Positions 54,127 through 64,000 of a stretch of 64,000 nt of DNA are shown in pieces. Origin of the DNA: an uncultured Candidatus Saccharibacteria bacterium (GTDB lineage: Bacteria > Patescibacteriota > UBA1384 > JAMDBS01 > DAOVQR01); contig CAYZSW010000004.1 in NCBI GenBank assembly GCA_964481135.1, positions 20,110-84,109 on the forward strand, in the 5' to 3' direction. The first letter of the stretch is position 1; every line of letters begins with the position of its first letter. The notes under the pieces were generated by a model. It had not been told where the DNA came from. It saw only the letters and a program-made list of their open reading frames with translations, and ran no database searches. The position numbers were made by a program, and so were the translations under genes.

Positions 54127-54624
54127 TTACTTTTTTAATATTGCTGAAATACGATTGCCTTGTCTTTTGGTATTTTGTTCAAATTTTGCGTTTGATAAAA
54201 CTTTAAATTCATCAATAAGTTTTTGAGCTTTATCGGCGAAAATATTTTCTCTTCCTATAAGTTTAATAGAAATTATTACTCTATTGTTTTGATTCAAAAA
54301 TTCTTTGGCTCGCTTAATTTTACATTCTAAATCGTGTTTATCAATATTAACGCCTAGTTGAATTTCTTTAGTTTCGCCACCTTTTTGTTTTGATTTTTGT
54401 TTCTGAATTTGTTTTTCTTTTTCGTATAAATACTTACCGTAATCTAAGATTTTGCAAACAGGTGGATTAGCGTTGCCTCCAATTTCAACTAAATCTAAAC
54501 CTTTTTCATAAGCTAACAACATAGCTTGATCAATATTAATAACACCTAAATCTGACCCTTTTTCGTTAATTAAGCGTACTGATAAAGAGGAAATTTCTTG
54601 GTTGATAGATTGTTTTTTCTTAAT
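54127..54624 (-). CDS. infC: translation initiation factor IF-3 (non-canonical AUU start)
   Basis: The track ORF starts at an internal Met. Extending in frame gives I-K-K-K-Q-S-I-N-Q-E-I-S-S-L-S-V-R-L-I-N-E-K-G-S-D-L-G-V-I... (classic IF3 N-domain) from an ATT codon preceded by a gagg SD. AUU is the conserved infC start. Confidence 0.8.
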   Translation of the reverse strand: MKKKQSINQEISSLSVRLINEKGSDLGVINIDQAMLLAYEKGLDLVEIGGNANPPVCKILDYGKYLYEKEKQIQKQKSKQKGGETKEIQLGVNIDKHDLECKIKRAKEFLNQNNRVIISIKLIGRENIFADKAQKLIDEFKVLSNAKFEQNTKRQGNRISAILKK

Positions 54625-54640
54625 AAATAAACCTCATGAA

Positions 54641-55411
54641 TTATTTTTTATCAGTATTTATTTTAACACGAGCACAAATAATTTTCAATACCTTAGGCCT
54701 AACTTTAATTTCTATTGGTGTTTTAGCAATAATTTTGTTGTCTAAAATAACTGGCATAGGTTCAGGGGTGTCTATCACTAAGTGTCTCATTCGTAGATAA
54801 GTATTAAAATTATTAATTTGTTTTTTTCCAACTAACCAACTAAATGTTTTATTCAAAAAATTATTTTTTTCTTTATCATTTTCAATATTTAAATAAATTT
54901 TAGGTTCATCGTGGTTAACTAAAGAAGGAGAATAAATTGCGATATTAGTAAATCTGATGTTAGTTTGACATTTATCAAAATAAATTGTCCCAATGGTTGA
55001 CTTGTCATGTACGATGTTTGCTTTGGTAAGAAAAAAATTATCAGGTAAAATATAGGCAAGATTTATGGTTTTAATCTTTCTTTCTTTTAGGGCAATACAG
55101 GCATCTTTAATATCACCGAGCCCAATTAATTTCTGTATATATGAACTAGCATTAATTGGAATTATACCCAGTGCGCATTCAGTATTTTGTAAGTGTTTTG
55201 CAACACTGTTAATTAGATAATCAGAACCAACAGCTACAATTGTATTATATTGTTTTGCAAGAGCAATTTGAGTTAATTCTTCTATACTTCTTGCGGGTGA
55301 TACACGACAAATTTCTCCTGTTATTCCGTAAAAAGCCAGTAAACTTTGAATTTTTTTCTGGATAGAAGCAATAGACCCATTTTTAGGTTGTTCTAAAATA
55401 TAATAGTACAT
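54641..55411 (-). CDS. DAGK_cat-family lipid kinase-like protein (YegS/BmrU-like; degenerate GGDGT loop)
   Basis: NTIVAVGSDYLINSVAKHL corresponds to the GGDGT region of diacylglycerol/NAD-kinase-fold enzymes; 256 aa. Confidence 0.5.
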   Translation of the reverse strand: MYYYILEQPKNGSIASIQKKIQSLLAFYGITGEICRVSPARSIEELTQIALAKQYNTIVAVGSDYLINSVAKHLQNTECALGIIPINASSYIQKLIGLGDIKDACIALKERKIKTINLAYILPDNFFLTKANIVHDKSTIGTIYFDKCQTNIRFTNIAIYSPSLVNHDEPKIYLNIENDKEKNNFLNKTFSWLVGKKQINNFNTYLRMRHLVIDTPEPMPVILDNKIIAKTPIEIKVRPKVLKIICARVKINTDKK

Positions 55412-55506
55412 ACCACTGATCTTGTTTCACAGATTTCACTGATATTAATCCGTGTTATCAGTGAATCCCACTTTTTGAGAAGGGCGGGATAAATAAAAAT
55501 CTGTGG

Positions 55507-56061
55507 TTATTTTTCTAATTCGTATTTTGGTTTTTCGTCATCTGATTTATGTTTAAACCAAAAACCACCTTCTTTTTTTTCTTCTTTTTCGTTATTTTTA
55601 GTATCTTTTTCATCTTCTATTTTTTTATCATTTTTTTCATCTTTGCTTTTGTCTTCTTTTTGTGTTTCGTTTTCTTTGTCAATATTTGTCACATCTTCTT
55701 CATTTTTTTGATTCTCATCGTGTCCAATCATTTTACATTTTCCAACAAATATGGCACCAGATCTTATTACTAAATCCTTTGTTTCTATACTGCCGTAAAC
55801 TTTACCAGTTGGCGTAAGTTCTAATTTTTTATGTGCTAAAACTGTACCACTAGCTTTACCAGAAATAATTATCTCTTGAGCCGTAATGGGACCTTTTACT
55901 TTTGCGGTTTCAGTGATCTGGACATTTTTATCCGAAATAACTTCACCATCCACAGTGCCATGGATTGTAATGTCGTTGGCGTCCTTTAAAACACCATTTA
56001 ATTTTACATTAGAACCCACTACTGTGCCTGGGCCACCAATTTCTTGATCTTTATCAAACAT
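55507..56061 (-). CDS. bactofilin-family cytoskeletal protein with acidic C-terminal tail
   Basis: Repetitive beta-helix sequence ...GTVVGSNVKLNGVLKDANDITIHGTVDGEVISDKNVQITETAKVKGPI... typical of bactofilin/DUF583. Confidence 0.82.
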   Translation of the reverse strand: MFDKDQEIGGPGTVVGSNVKLNGVLKDANDITIHGTVDGEVISDKNVQITETAKVKGPITAQEIIISGKASGTVLAHKKLELTPTGKVYGSIETKDLVIRSGAIFVGKCKMIGHDENQKNEEDVTNIDKENETQKEDKSKDEKNDKKIEDEKDTKNNEKEEKKEGGFWFKHKSDDEKPKYELEK

Positions 56062-56279
56062 TAATGCCTCCTAACTACTCTTTGAGAGTATGAGCTTGCC
56101 CCTCTTTAATAAATTATTATTTATATTTAATATACCAAATTTAAATAATTTAATAAAAAAATAATTGTAAAAAAAATTATATTTAATATTTATTTTTTAA
56201 TAAAATTAATATTGGTATTGAAAACACTATGTATATTTGTTATAATACCAAAAGCCAAAATTATCAAGGGTATAAAAAT

Positions 56280-58742
56280 ATGAAAAATAAAAACATTGTT
56301 GTCAAAGGTGTTAGAGTAAATAATTTAAAAAATATTGATGTAACAATTCCTAGAGGGAAGCTGGTTGTTATTACCGGAATTTCTGGTAGTGGAAAATCAT
56401 CTTTGGCATTTGATACCATTTATGCTGAAGGGCAAAGAAGATATGTTGAATCCCTTTCAAGCTACACAAGACAATTTTTATCACCAATAAAAAAACCAGA
56501 TATCGATTATATCGAGGGACTATCTCCTGCAATTTCAATTGATCAAAAAAGCGTGGGCCAATCTCCGCGCTCTACGGTTGGCACAATATCTGATATTTAT
56601 GATTATCTAAGACTTTTATTTGCTAAAATTGGGAAAGTGTATTGTCCAATTTGTGGAGTCGGTTTGAGTAAAATTTCTGTAAAAAATAACGGAAAAAATA
56701 GTTTTAAAAAAATATATCGATGCGAAAAATGCAAAATTGAATTACCGGAATTCACAATGAGTTCTTTTTCGTTTAATAGTCCCCATGGGGCATGTACTAC
56801 TTGTAAAGGTCTTGGTAAAAAAAAGCAAATAGATCCTCTTTTAGTGTTACCAAATAAAAGACTAACTTTATCTGAGGGAGCAATTCGTCCTTGGAGTAGA
56901 ATTACTTCACATCGAAATGCTTATCATAAAATTCTTTTAGATTTATCTAAAAAGTATAATTTTAGTTTAGATGCCCCGGTTTCGAATTTACCCAAAAGCA
57001 TTATAAATTTATTATTATTTGGAACAAAGGATAATTTTTTTCTTGGAATTATTGATAATTTAGAAAAAAAATATCAAGAAACAAGTTCGGACTATATTAA
57101 AAATGAAATACAAAAATATATGACAGAAATAATTTGTCCAGATTGTTTAGGAAAACGACTTAAAAAAGAAGTTTTAAGTATAAGAGTTGCAGGTAAAAAT
57201 ATTATTGATTTGAATCAAATGACCATAGATGACCTTTTAAATTATTTTTCAACAATTAAAAATAAAATATCAAAAGAAGATTGTAAAATTAGTTTACAAA
57301 TAATTAAAGATGTAATTGAGAGATTAGATTTTATTCAAAAAGTTAGTTTAGGATATTTATCATTAAATCGTCAAGCAGATACTTTAGCAGGGGGCGAGGC
57401 GCAAAGAATTAAATTAGCAACACAACTAGGATCACACTTAACTGGCATTTTGTATATACTAGACGAGCCCTCTATAGGATTACATTCTAAAGATCATGAA
57501 AAACTAATTCAAACATTATTTCAACTAAGAAATTCAGGTAACACAGTAATAGTCGTTGAACATGACAGGGAAACAATATTGGCAGCTGATCATGTTATTG
57601 ATATTGGTCCGGGTGCCGGAGAGCTTGGGGGAAAAATTATTGCTCAAGGATCTCCAGTTGAAATAAAAAAATCATCTAAATCCTTAACCGGTAAATATTT
57701 AACCTTAAAAAACAACATTTCTAAACCAAAAAATAGGAGGGTTAACAAAAATAAATCACTTATTATTAAAGGTGCGAATGAGTTTAACTTAAAAAACATT
57801 GATGTAAAAATTCCACTTAATACTCTTACTTGTGTAACTGGCGTTTCTGGTTCTGGAAAATCGACTTTAATGATTGACATTTTAGCAAAAGCACTAGCAC
57901 AAAAATTTCATAGAGCTAAAAATGGGCCAGGAGAACATAAATCTATTTTAGGAACTCAAAACATTGATAAAGTAATTAATATTGATCAATCTCCTATTGG
58001 AAGAACTCCTCGTTCTAATCCTGCAACATATACTCAAATTTTTTCTACTATCAGGGAGATATTTGCCAATACAGAAAAAGCTCAAAAACATCATTTAACC
58101 ACAAGTCATTTTTCATTCAATATGGTAGGCGGTAGATGTGAGAATTGTAAGGGAGACGGGGTTATTAAATATGAAATGCATTTTTTGCCCGATGTGTATA
58201 TTACTTGTGATATTTGTGATGGTAATAGATATAATAAAGAAATCTTAAAAATTAGATACAATGAAAAGAATATTGCCGAGGTTTTAGAGATGACTGTAGA
58301 CGAAGCGTACGCTTTCTTTAAAGATGTACCAATATTAAAAACAAAATTAGGTGTATTGTCTGCTGTAGGTTTAGGATATATTAAATTAGGACAATCAGCT
58401 ACAACTTTGTCGGGAGGTGAAGCACAAAGAATAAAACTTGCTACTGAATTAGCTAGACAAGATACCGGTAAGACATTATACATTTTAGATGAGCCAACGA
58501 CAGGTCTTCATTTTGAAGATATTAAAAATCTTTTAAATGTCTTACAAGCTCTTGTCGATAAAGGCAACACAGTTTTAGTAATTGAGCATAACCTAGATAT
58601 TATTAAATGCGCAGATCATGTTATTGATATGGGTCCAGAAGGAGGGAAGTATGGTGGGAGGGTTATTGCTCAAGGCACCCCAGAAGAAATTACTAAAGTG
58701 AAAAAATCATACACTGGAAAATATTTAAAAAAAATTTTATAA
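56280..58742 (+). CDS. uvrA: UvrA-family ABC ATPase lacking the UvrB-binding domain (class II / UvrA2-like architecture)
   Basis: Two ABC modules ([10 protein letters not shown] / [10 protein letters not shown] Walker A; [12 protein letters not shown] signatures), zinc-finger Cys pairs; about 820 aa, with the segment between the first Walker A and the first signature much shorter than in canonical UvrA. Confidence 0.8.
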   Translation: MKNKNIVVKGVRVNNLKNIDVTIPRGKLVVITGISGSGKSSLAFDTIYAEGQRRYVESLSSYTRQFLSPIKKPDIDYIEGLSPAISIDQKSVGQSPRSTVGTISDIYDYLRLLFAKIGKVYCPICGVGLSKISVKNNGKNSFKKIYRCEKCKIELPEFTMSSFSFNSPHGACTTCKGLGKKKQIDPLLVLPNKRLTLSEGAIRPWSRITSHRNAYHKILLDLSKKYNFSLDAPVSNLPKSIINLLLFGTKDNFFLGIIDNLEKKYQETSSDYIKNEIQKYMTEIICPDCLGKRLKKEVLSIRVAGKNIIDLNQMTIDDLLNYFSTIKNKISKEDCKISLQIIKDVIERLDFIQKVSLGYLSLNRQADTLAGGEAQRIKLATQLGSHLTGILYILDEPSIGLHSKDHEKLIQTLFQLRNSGNTVIVVEHDRETILAADHVIDIGPGAGELGGKIIAQGSPVEIKKSSKSLTGKYLTLKNNISKPKNRRVNKNKSLIIKGANEFNLKNIDVKIPLNTLTCVTGVSGSGKSTLMIDILAKALAQKFHRAKNGPGEHKSILGTQNIDKVINIDQSPIGRTPRSNPATYTQIFSTIREIFANTEKAQKHHLTTSHFSFNMVGGRCENCKGDGVIKYEMHFLPDVYITCDICDGNRYNKEILKIRYNEKNIAEVLEMTVDEAYAFFKDVPILKTKLGVLSAVGLGYIKLGQSATTLSGGEAQRIKLATELARQDTGKTLYILDEPTTGLHFEDIKNLLNVLQALVDKGNTVLVIEHNLDIIKCADHVIDMGPEGGKYGGRVIAQGTPEEITKVKKSYTGKYLKKIL

Positions 58743-58861
58743 CTTAAAATTAAAATAAAATATTTCAATATGGTACTCGCATAAACATAAAAAATATTAT
58801 TTATTTATTTCAAGGCGAGTTCAAGAATTTAGTGCACCACGCGTTCATAAAGTACAAGCTG

Positions 58862-58890
58862 TTGACAAAAATTATTTATTATGTTAATGT
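58862..58890 (+). promoter_or_regulatory. sigma70-like promoter (TTGACA-17-TAATGT)
   Basis: ttgacaaaaattatttattatgttaatgt; no ORF follows for about 500 nt. Confidence 0.45.
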
Positions 58891-59089
58891 AAACTATTAA
58901 ATTGAAATTTCAATTTAAAATTTTTTAAATGAGAGGTGGTAAACATTTGTTTAAAAAATTTAACCTCTCAAGACACGGGAAATAAATTTTTTTTTCCAAA
59001 TTTTTTTCCTCGCCGGCTAAGCCGGCATTTAAAAAAGGGGAAATAAATTTTTTATAAAAATTTTTCACCCCCTGATTACAATAATAGTA

Positions 59090-59119
59090 GACCCTGATTT
59101 TATCAGGGTCATTTTTTTA
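59090..59119 (+). terminator. rho-independent terminator
   Basis: gaccctgat-ttt-atcagggtc followed by atttttttatt. Confidence 0.75.
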
Positions 59120-59434
59120 TTAATACTATGAATTTGACATATTTTTCGTTCGAGTTATAATTAATTTCTACTGAAATTGATGTTAGAAAATTGATGGCTA
59201 GCTGATAGGTTTTAAAATATATGACTTATCTAACTGCTATCGATTATATTCTTTACGGTCGGAAAAAAAATAATAAAATATTAAAAAATGTTTTCGTGGA
59301 TGGGATTTAATCCTATCGACACAATTGCGAAAGCAAATTTTGATATTGTGAAACTTTTAATATTAGTTTTTATTGGATACCTTATAAACTAAATTTATAA
59401 AGTATCAGGTCGATTATTAATTATTGGAAACACG

Positions 59435-61384
59435 ATGATAAATAAAATGATAAAATTGTTAAATAGTGTACTAGTTGTTTTAGTGTCTGTAGTGTTTGTA
59501 ATTCTGTTTGGCTTGTTTTCAAAAGCTTTTGCTACGGTAAATGATCCTATTTCGATTACAATATCTCCAAAAAGCTCTATTGTGGATTCTGGCGAGAGTC
59601 AATCTTATACTGTGAGTGCAGCAGATGAGCAAGGAAATATTTGGGATGTTACTAGTTTATCAGAATATTCAATTTCTGCAGGTGCTGGTGGATCATGGTC
59701 CGAAAATACATACACTTCTTTCAGTTCAGGTTTTTGGACAGTAACTGCAACATACTTAGGCTTGACTGATGAAGCTCAAATAAAAGTAAATCCTGCTGTT
59801 GTTGGCTGGGAATTAACATCAAATTTAAGCGATAAAGTAGCAGGATCTAGTTTTGATATTACTGTTGCGCCTAAAGATGTTTTAAATAACACAATTACCG
59901 ATTATGATTGGAGTAATCCAAATAATTTTCCAACATTTTCAGGGTTGGGAAATATTGGACCATTGTTTCCACAATATGAATTTATTAGTTCTAATTTAGG
60001 AGTTGCAACTTTTAAAGTTACAGTATTTAAGGTTGAAACTCTTGTCGCAATAAAAGCCCAATTAGGTTCATCTGTTGGATATACAAATCAGTTTAATATT
60101 GATTATGCTAAGTCCGTATCGATCGAAATAGATCCTAAAGAGTCAACAATTTCTTTGGATTCATTTCAACAATATTCTGTCACAGCTCGTGACTTATATG
60201 GTAATTCAAGAACGGTAGATACTCACGACGGTTTAACTTTATCAGTTTTGGAATCTGGACATGGTGGAATATTTGTTGATAATACATATTTTCCTGGTAA
60301 TGTTGGCACATGGACAATAAGAGGATTTTTTGACGACGTTACAGATGAAGCAAAAATAGTTGTTAAGGAAAAAATTATTGAATCTTTAAGTATTGATCCA
60401 ACAAATTTGAATTTAGCAAATGCAGATCAAAATCAGTCATATACAGTTACTGCATACGACTTAAAAGGAAATAACTGGGATGTAACCTCTGAAGCTAAAT
60501 TTTATACCAATGATCCAAAAGGCCATTTTCAAGACAACATATATTATGCTGGTAAGGTTGGCACCTGGGAGATAAAAGCACAAATTGACGGAGTCGAAGT
60601 ATCTACAAATATTACCGTCCATTATCCAGGTAGTCCAAAATCAATGGAAATCATTAAACCATCGGAAGAGATATTTGAAAGTGAATTATATCAATTTGAA
60701 ATTAAAGTATTGGATAAAAATGGTAATCGAGTTAGTGACTTACTAGCTTATTGGGAAGTAATATTTCATTCAGGATCTGGCGTTATTGATCAAAACGGGA
60801 AATTTATTGGATTAAAACCAGGTAAGGTTAGTATTAAAGTAATAGTGATTGACAATAATTTCAATTATCTAGAAACGATTATTACCTTCACAATTAAAGA
60901 AAAACTAGTAGAAGAAAAAGAACAGACAATAACAGGCGATTTAGCTGATTCAGATAAATCTAGTTTAAGTAAAATTATAAGAAGTATTGTTCCAAAGGTA
61001 GAAGCAGCTGAAATTATAGAAGATACTGAAGAGCCAGAGAAAGAACCAAGCGACGATGAAGGGCAAATTATGGGTACTGAAATTGCTACAATAGGGCCGG
61101 ACAACGAACCAGTTAGCAAAGAAAATCCCAGATTGTCTTGGATAATTTCGATGGTATTAGCAACAATTATTTTAGGATTTGCGTATTATGGTTATAATTA
61201 TTTTTCAGAACCAAAGATGGCAGAAGTAGATATTCCTGTTAAGAAAGATATTTCAAAATCGCAAAATGAGATAAAAAAAGCTGTACAAGAAGAAATAAGT
61301 ATTAATCAAAAAAATAATTCAGAGGAAATCATTAAAGACATCCCAAAGCAAGATGAGGACAACAATGATAAATTAAGATGGTAA
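59435..61384 (+). CDS. surface protein with four Big_2-like Ig-fold repeats, N-terminal signal/TM and C-terminal TM anchor
   Basis: Repeated ...I.P..S.I..G.SQ.YTV.A.D..GN.WDVTS... modules (x4); C-terminal LSWIISMVLATIILGFAYYGY TM with acidic tail. Confidence 0.7.
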   Translation: MINKMIKLLNSVLVVLVSVVFVILFGLFSKAFATVNDPISITISPKSSIVDSGESQSYTVSAADEQGNIWDVTSLSEYSISAGAGGSWSENTYTSFSSGFWTVTATYLGLTDEAQIKVNPAVVGWELTSNLSDKVAGSSFDITVAPKDVLNNTITDYDWSNPNNFPTFSGLGNIGPLFPQYEFISSNLGVATFKVTVFKVETLVAIKAQLGSSVGYTNQFNIDYAKSVSIEIDPKESTISLDSFQQYSVTARDLYGNSRTVDTHDGLTLSVLESGHGGIFVDNTYFPGNVGTWTIRGFFDDVTDEAKIVVKEKIIESLSIDPTNLNLANADQNQSYTVTAYDLKGNNWDVTSEAKFYTNDPKGHFQDNIYYAGKVGTWEIKAQIDGVEVSTNITVHYPGSPKSMEIIKPSEEIFESELYQFEIKVLDKNGNRVSDLLAYWEVIFHSGSGVIDQNGKFIGLKPGKVSIKVIVIDNNFNYLETIITFTIKEKLVEEKEQTITGDLADSDKSSLSKIIRSIVPKVEAAEIIEDTEEPEKEPSDDEGQIMGTEIATIGPDNEPVSKENPRLSWIISMVLATIILGFAYYGYNYFSEPKMAEVDIPVKKDISKSQNEIKKAVQEEISINQKNNSEEIIKDIPKQDEDNNDKLRW

Positions 61385-61436
61385 TTTTTTAAATTTATCA
61401 TTTTCACAACAAAAGAAATTAACCCCCATGATCTTA

Positions 61437-61482
61437 CCTGTCTGCCGACAAGGCAGGCAAGGCAGGCAAGACATGTGGTCGG
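61437..61482. repeat. GC-rich palindromic repeat element copy
   Basis: cctgtctgccgacaaggcaggcaaggcaggcaagacatgtggtcgg; its reverse complement matches the 27395-27487 copy. Confidence 0.6.
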
Positions 61483-61696
61483 GAAATTTCGCAAAGTTGA
61501 ATTAAAAAATGCATCATTTAAAGAAATAATGATAGAGGTAAGCAGAAATCACCGCAGATTTGTAAACTATACTGGGGTGATTTTTGTAATATAATTATTT
61601 TTGTTATAATTAAAATAGCATAACTAATTTTAATATCTTAAATTTCGATAAATAAATTCTTATTAATAAAAGAAAATAATAACAAAGGAGTAATAT

Positions 61697-62281
61697 ATGG
61701 AAGACCAAACAGATATTTCAAAACATATTTTGATTGTTTTATTAATTTTAGCTTTAGGTGGCTGTGGATATCTTTATTATTTAAAAACACAAGATGATAA
61801 TAAAATTTCAGATCTAGAAAGTCAGTATTCGCAACTTAAAGATAAATATAATAATGTTATTTCGCAACAGACCTCTTCTCCATCTCCAAGTCCAACGCAA
61901 GATTGGAAAACTTTTACTAATGAGAAATATGGTTTTTCTTTAACACTGAATGATAATTGGCAAGGGTATAAATACGAGCAAGACACAAAGAATTTTCAAG
62001 ATAATGGAGTACATTATAGATTTTATCTTCCAACTAAGGATAAAGATTATAAAACTGATAAGACGGGATATGCTTCTCCTTTTGTAATTTCAATATACAA
62101 AATTTCTGATTGGGAAAATCTAGGAAATAAAAACGATTTTACAAAAATCGATCAAAACGATAAATATGTATATGCATATAGTATTTGGGATACTGTACCA
62201 AGCGATTTAGAGGAAACTATTACCGATGCTGAAATTAAAAAAGTAATAAATACATTTAAATTTACAAATACTACAAATTAG
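61697..62281 (+). CDS. membrane-anchored hypothetical protein (194 aa)
   Basis: RBS aaaggag, N-terminal TM (ILIVLLILALGGCGYLYYL), S/P linker, globular W/Y-rich ectodomain. Confidence 0.5.
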   Translation: MEDQTDISKHILIVLLILALGGCGYLYYLKTQDDNKISDLESQYSQLKDKYNNVISQQTSSPSPSPTQDWKTFTNEKYGFSLTLNDNWQGYKYEQDTKNFQDNGVHYRFYLPTKDKDYKTDKTGYASPFVISIYKISDWENLGNKNDFTKIDQNDKYVYAYSIWDTVPSDLEETITDAEIKKVINTFKFTNTTN

Positions 62282-62315
62282 GATTGACTTTTGAGTATTT
62301 TTATGTTATCTTTTA

Positions 62316-62684
62316 TTGGCTTTAAGTAATTTAAATCACTGCTCCTTGCGGAGAGGAAAGTCCAGGCACTAAAGAGTAATACACCGAGTGTAAACTCGGC
62401 CGTCGCAAGACGAGGGTATAGGGCAACAGAAAATAAACCGCCTTAAAATTTTTGAAGGTAAGGGTGAAAAGATAGAGTAAGATCCTATCCGTTTGATTGG
62501 TAACAATCATCTGTGTAACCCCTGTATAGTGCAAGTTGAGTGGATCAAGTCATTATATTAATATAAATTTAGTTCACTAAATTATATTAAAAAAGATGCT
62601 TCTCGTATCAATAATTACTGATCTCAACGCATAAGATAGATAGTGATTTAAACAGAACCTGGCTTATTAATTACTTAGAGTATT
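62316..62684 (+). ncRNA. rnpB: RNase P RNA (bacterial type)
   Basis: GAGGAAAGTCCAGGCAC (P4 5' strand), GCAACAGAAAATAAACCGCC, GGTAAGGGTGAAA, ACAGAACCTGGCTTAT (P4 3' strand); P1 pairing ctttaagtaatt/aattacttagag. The antisense ORF 62331-62534 is spurious. Confidence 0.85.
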
Positions 62685-62723
62685 AGTATCAAAAAATGAG
62701 CGATTAAAACGCTCATTTTTTGT

Positions 62724-62797
62724 TGGCTCCGGGACTTGGATTCGAACCAAGATTGACGGCTTCAAAGGCCGCTGTCCTACCATTAGACGATCCCGGA
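62724..62797 (-). tRNA. tRNA-Gln (TTG), CCA encoded
   Basis: Reverse complement TCCGGGATCGTCTAATGGTAGGACAGCGGCCTTTGAAGCCGTCAATCTTGGTTCGAATCCAAGTCCCGGAGCCA; anticodon loop CTTTGAA. Confidence 0.8.
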
Positions 62798-62879
62798 ACA
62801 TATTAAAATATTACCAAATATTTTTAATATAATCAATTATCTACTATCATGCTTCGCAGTATCGTAGTATAATATAATC

Positions 62880-63164
62880 ATGGGAAATACCGAAAAAATA
62901 AAATTTAATAAAGAAGCATTGGATTTTTTGAATAATACATTACCGAAGATAAAAAATAAAAAAGAAGCAGAAATGTTTTTAAAAGATTTAATGAGTTCAA
63001 CAGAGATTAAAGCAGTTGCTAGGAGACTTTTATCAGTTAAAAAATTATATAATGGTAAAACATATGCTCAAATAAATTTTGAAAGCTCGCTGAGTATGGG
63101 TGTAATTAATAAAATGCATTTTAAAACCAAGGGTAGCAAAGTTTTAAAAAAATTATTATCATAA
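62880..63164 (+). CDS. YerC/YecD-family (TrpR-like) DNA-binding protein
   Basis: LKDLMSSTEIKAVARRLLSVKKLYNGKTYAQINFESSLSMGVINKM resembles the TrpR-like helix-turn-helix of the YerC/YecD family. Confidence 0.55.
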   Translation: MGNTEKIKFNKEALDFLNNTLPKIKNKKEAEMFLKDLMSSTEIKAVARRLLSVKKLYNGKTYAQINFESSLSMGVINKMHFKTKGSKVLKKLLS

Positions 63165-63209
63165 TTATTTACTATTATACTTCGAAGTGTCGAAGCAAGG
63201 GAATAAGAA

Positions 63210-63863
63210 ATGAAAAATATTTATGCGATTTATAAGCCAAAAGGTCCGACAAGCCATGATATTATTAATCAATTGCGTCGAATTACTGGCGTAAAAAGAA
63301 TCGGCCACGCTGGTACACTTGATCCGCTAGCAAGCGGAGTTCTTTTGGTTGGAATTACTCGTGAAGGCACGCGGGAATTATCAAAATATATTGGATGTGA
63401 TAAAGAATATATTGCTACTATTAGGTTTGGAGAAACATCAGAAACAGATGATGCAGAAGGAAAAAAACAATTAACAGATAACAATAGACAAATAACAAAA
63501 ATACAGATTAAAAATATTTTAAAACAATTTATTGGTAAGATTAAACAGGTGCCACCAGTTTACTCGTCAGTTAAAGTGCAAGGTAAGCCAGCACATAGGC
63601 GCGTAAGGGCTGGACAAAAAATAATTCTTGGTGCACGGGATGTGGAAATTTACTCTATTAAAATATTAAGTTACAAATACCCATATTTAAAAATTAAAGT
63701 TGTTTGTTCGTCTGGAACATATATTCGATCACTTGCTCGTGATATTGGTCAAAAGCTTAAGGTTGGAGCTTATCTATCTGATTTAGAAAGAACAAGAGTA
63801 GGGGATTTCAAAATTGAAAATTGTTGCGATGTAGATGATTTTCAAAAAATTATTTTCGATTAA
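63210..63863 (+). CDS. truB: tRNA pseudouridine(55) synthase
   Basis: YKPKGPTSHDIINQLRRITGVKRIGHAGTLDPLASGVLLVGI (catalytic Asp in GTLDP). Confidence 0.9.
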   Translation: MKNIYAIYKPKGPTSHDIINQLRRITGVKRIGHAGTLDPLASGVLLVGITREGTRELSKYIGCDKEYIATIRFGETSETDDAEGKKQLTDNNRQITKIQIKNILKQFIGKIKQVPPVYSSVKVQGKPAHRRVRAGQKIILGARDVEIYSIKILSYKYPYLKIKVVCSSGTYIRSLARDIGQKLKVGAYLSDLERTRVGDFKIENCCDVDDFQKIIFD

Positions 63864-64000
63864 TTTTTTTCTAAATTTTTGTATAATTAAACAAAACAAA
63901 TTTTAACACACCGATGATGTGTTTTTTGTGAAAATGGTTGACTACTCGTAAAATTGATGGTATATTACTAAAATGATTTTTTTGTAAATTGATTTTTACA

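Noticed and set aside
62331-62534. 67-aa ORF on the minus strand
   Set aside because: It lies entirely inside the RNase P RNA gene (conserved P4, GGTAAGGGTGAAA and ACAGAACC motifs on the plus strand), so it is a spurious antisense ORF.
1-64000. CRISPR arrays, rRNA genes, transposases, integrases and obvious defense cassettes (restriction-modification, Cas, toxin nucleases)
   Set aside because: I scanned for regularly spaced direct repeats with unique spacers, rRNA signature blocks, DDE/tyrosine-recombinase motifs and classic defense ATPase or nuclease motifs, and found none. The only repeats are those described in the features list (the palindromic repeat family, the TAGTAGC heptamer and the 861-bp tandem duplication).

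Overview
This is an AT-rich (roughly 30% GC), gene-dense bacterial chromosome segment that uses standard stop codons. Several features point to a small-genome Patescibacteria/CPR-like organism: rny-ymdB synteny, DUF881 paralogs, ribosomal proteins with K/E-rich tails, N-rich insertions in housekeeping enzymes, and giant surface proteins.

Features readable from the sequence:
- A tRNA cluster on the minus strand at 1-807: Arg (partial), His, Arg, Gly and Pro, plus a degenerate copy of the tRNA-Pro 3' end.
- An rny-ymdB-DUF881 block, then a six-gene plus-strand operon of secreted or membrane-anchored hypothetical proteins at 6938-19584. It includes an HEXXH metallopeptidase-like protein and a 1,862-aa surface protein carrying an 861-bp near-perfect internal tandem duplication.
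- A metal/redox trio: DsbA-like lipoprotein, P-type ATPase and ZIP transporter.
- typA/bipA behind a 5' leader with paired hairpins.
- tmRNA (ssrA, minus strand), with smpB about 900 bp away.
- A thymidylate-synthesis cluster (tmk, nucleotide kinase, dCMP deaminase, dut, thyA, folA).
- thrS preceded by a T-box-like leader, and deoC preceded by a structured GC-rich leader.
- A ribosomal/tRNA-modification block: radical SAM methylthiotransferase, rplY, trmD, a KH-domain protein, rpsP, fmt and def.
- galE, a GT4 glycosyltransferase and priA.
- A GxxExxY protein, an AMMECR1/Memo pair, lepB-lgt-lspA, rplT-rpmI-infC (infC uses an AUU start), a bactofilin, a uvrA lacking the UvrB-binding domain, and a Big_2 surface protein.
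- RNase P RNA, tRNA-Gln, a YerC-like regulator and truB.

No CRISPR array, rRNA, transposase or integrase gene is visible.

The most noteworthy signals are the surface-protein operon, a dispersed GC-rich palindromic repeat family (cctgtctgccgacagg) in intergenic regions, several unexplained structured GC-rich RNA-like elements, and tRNA-like half-sequences flanking tRNA-Val.
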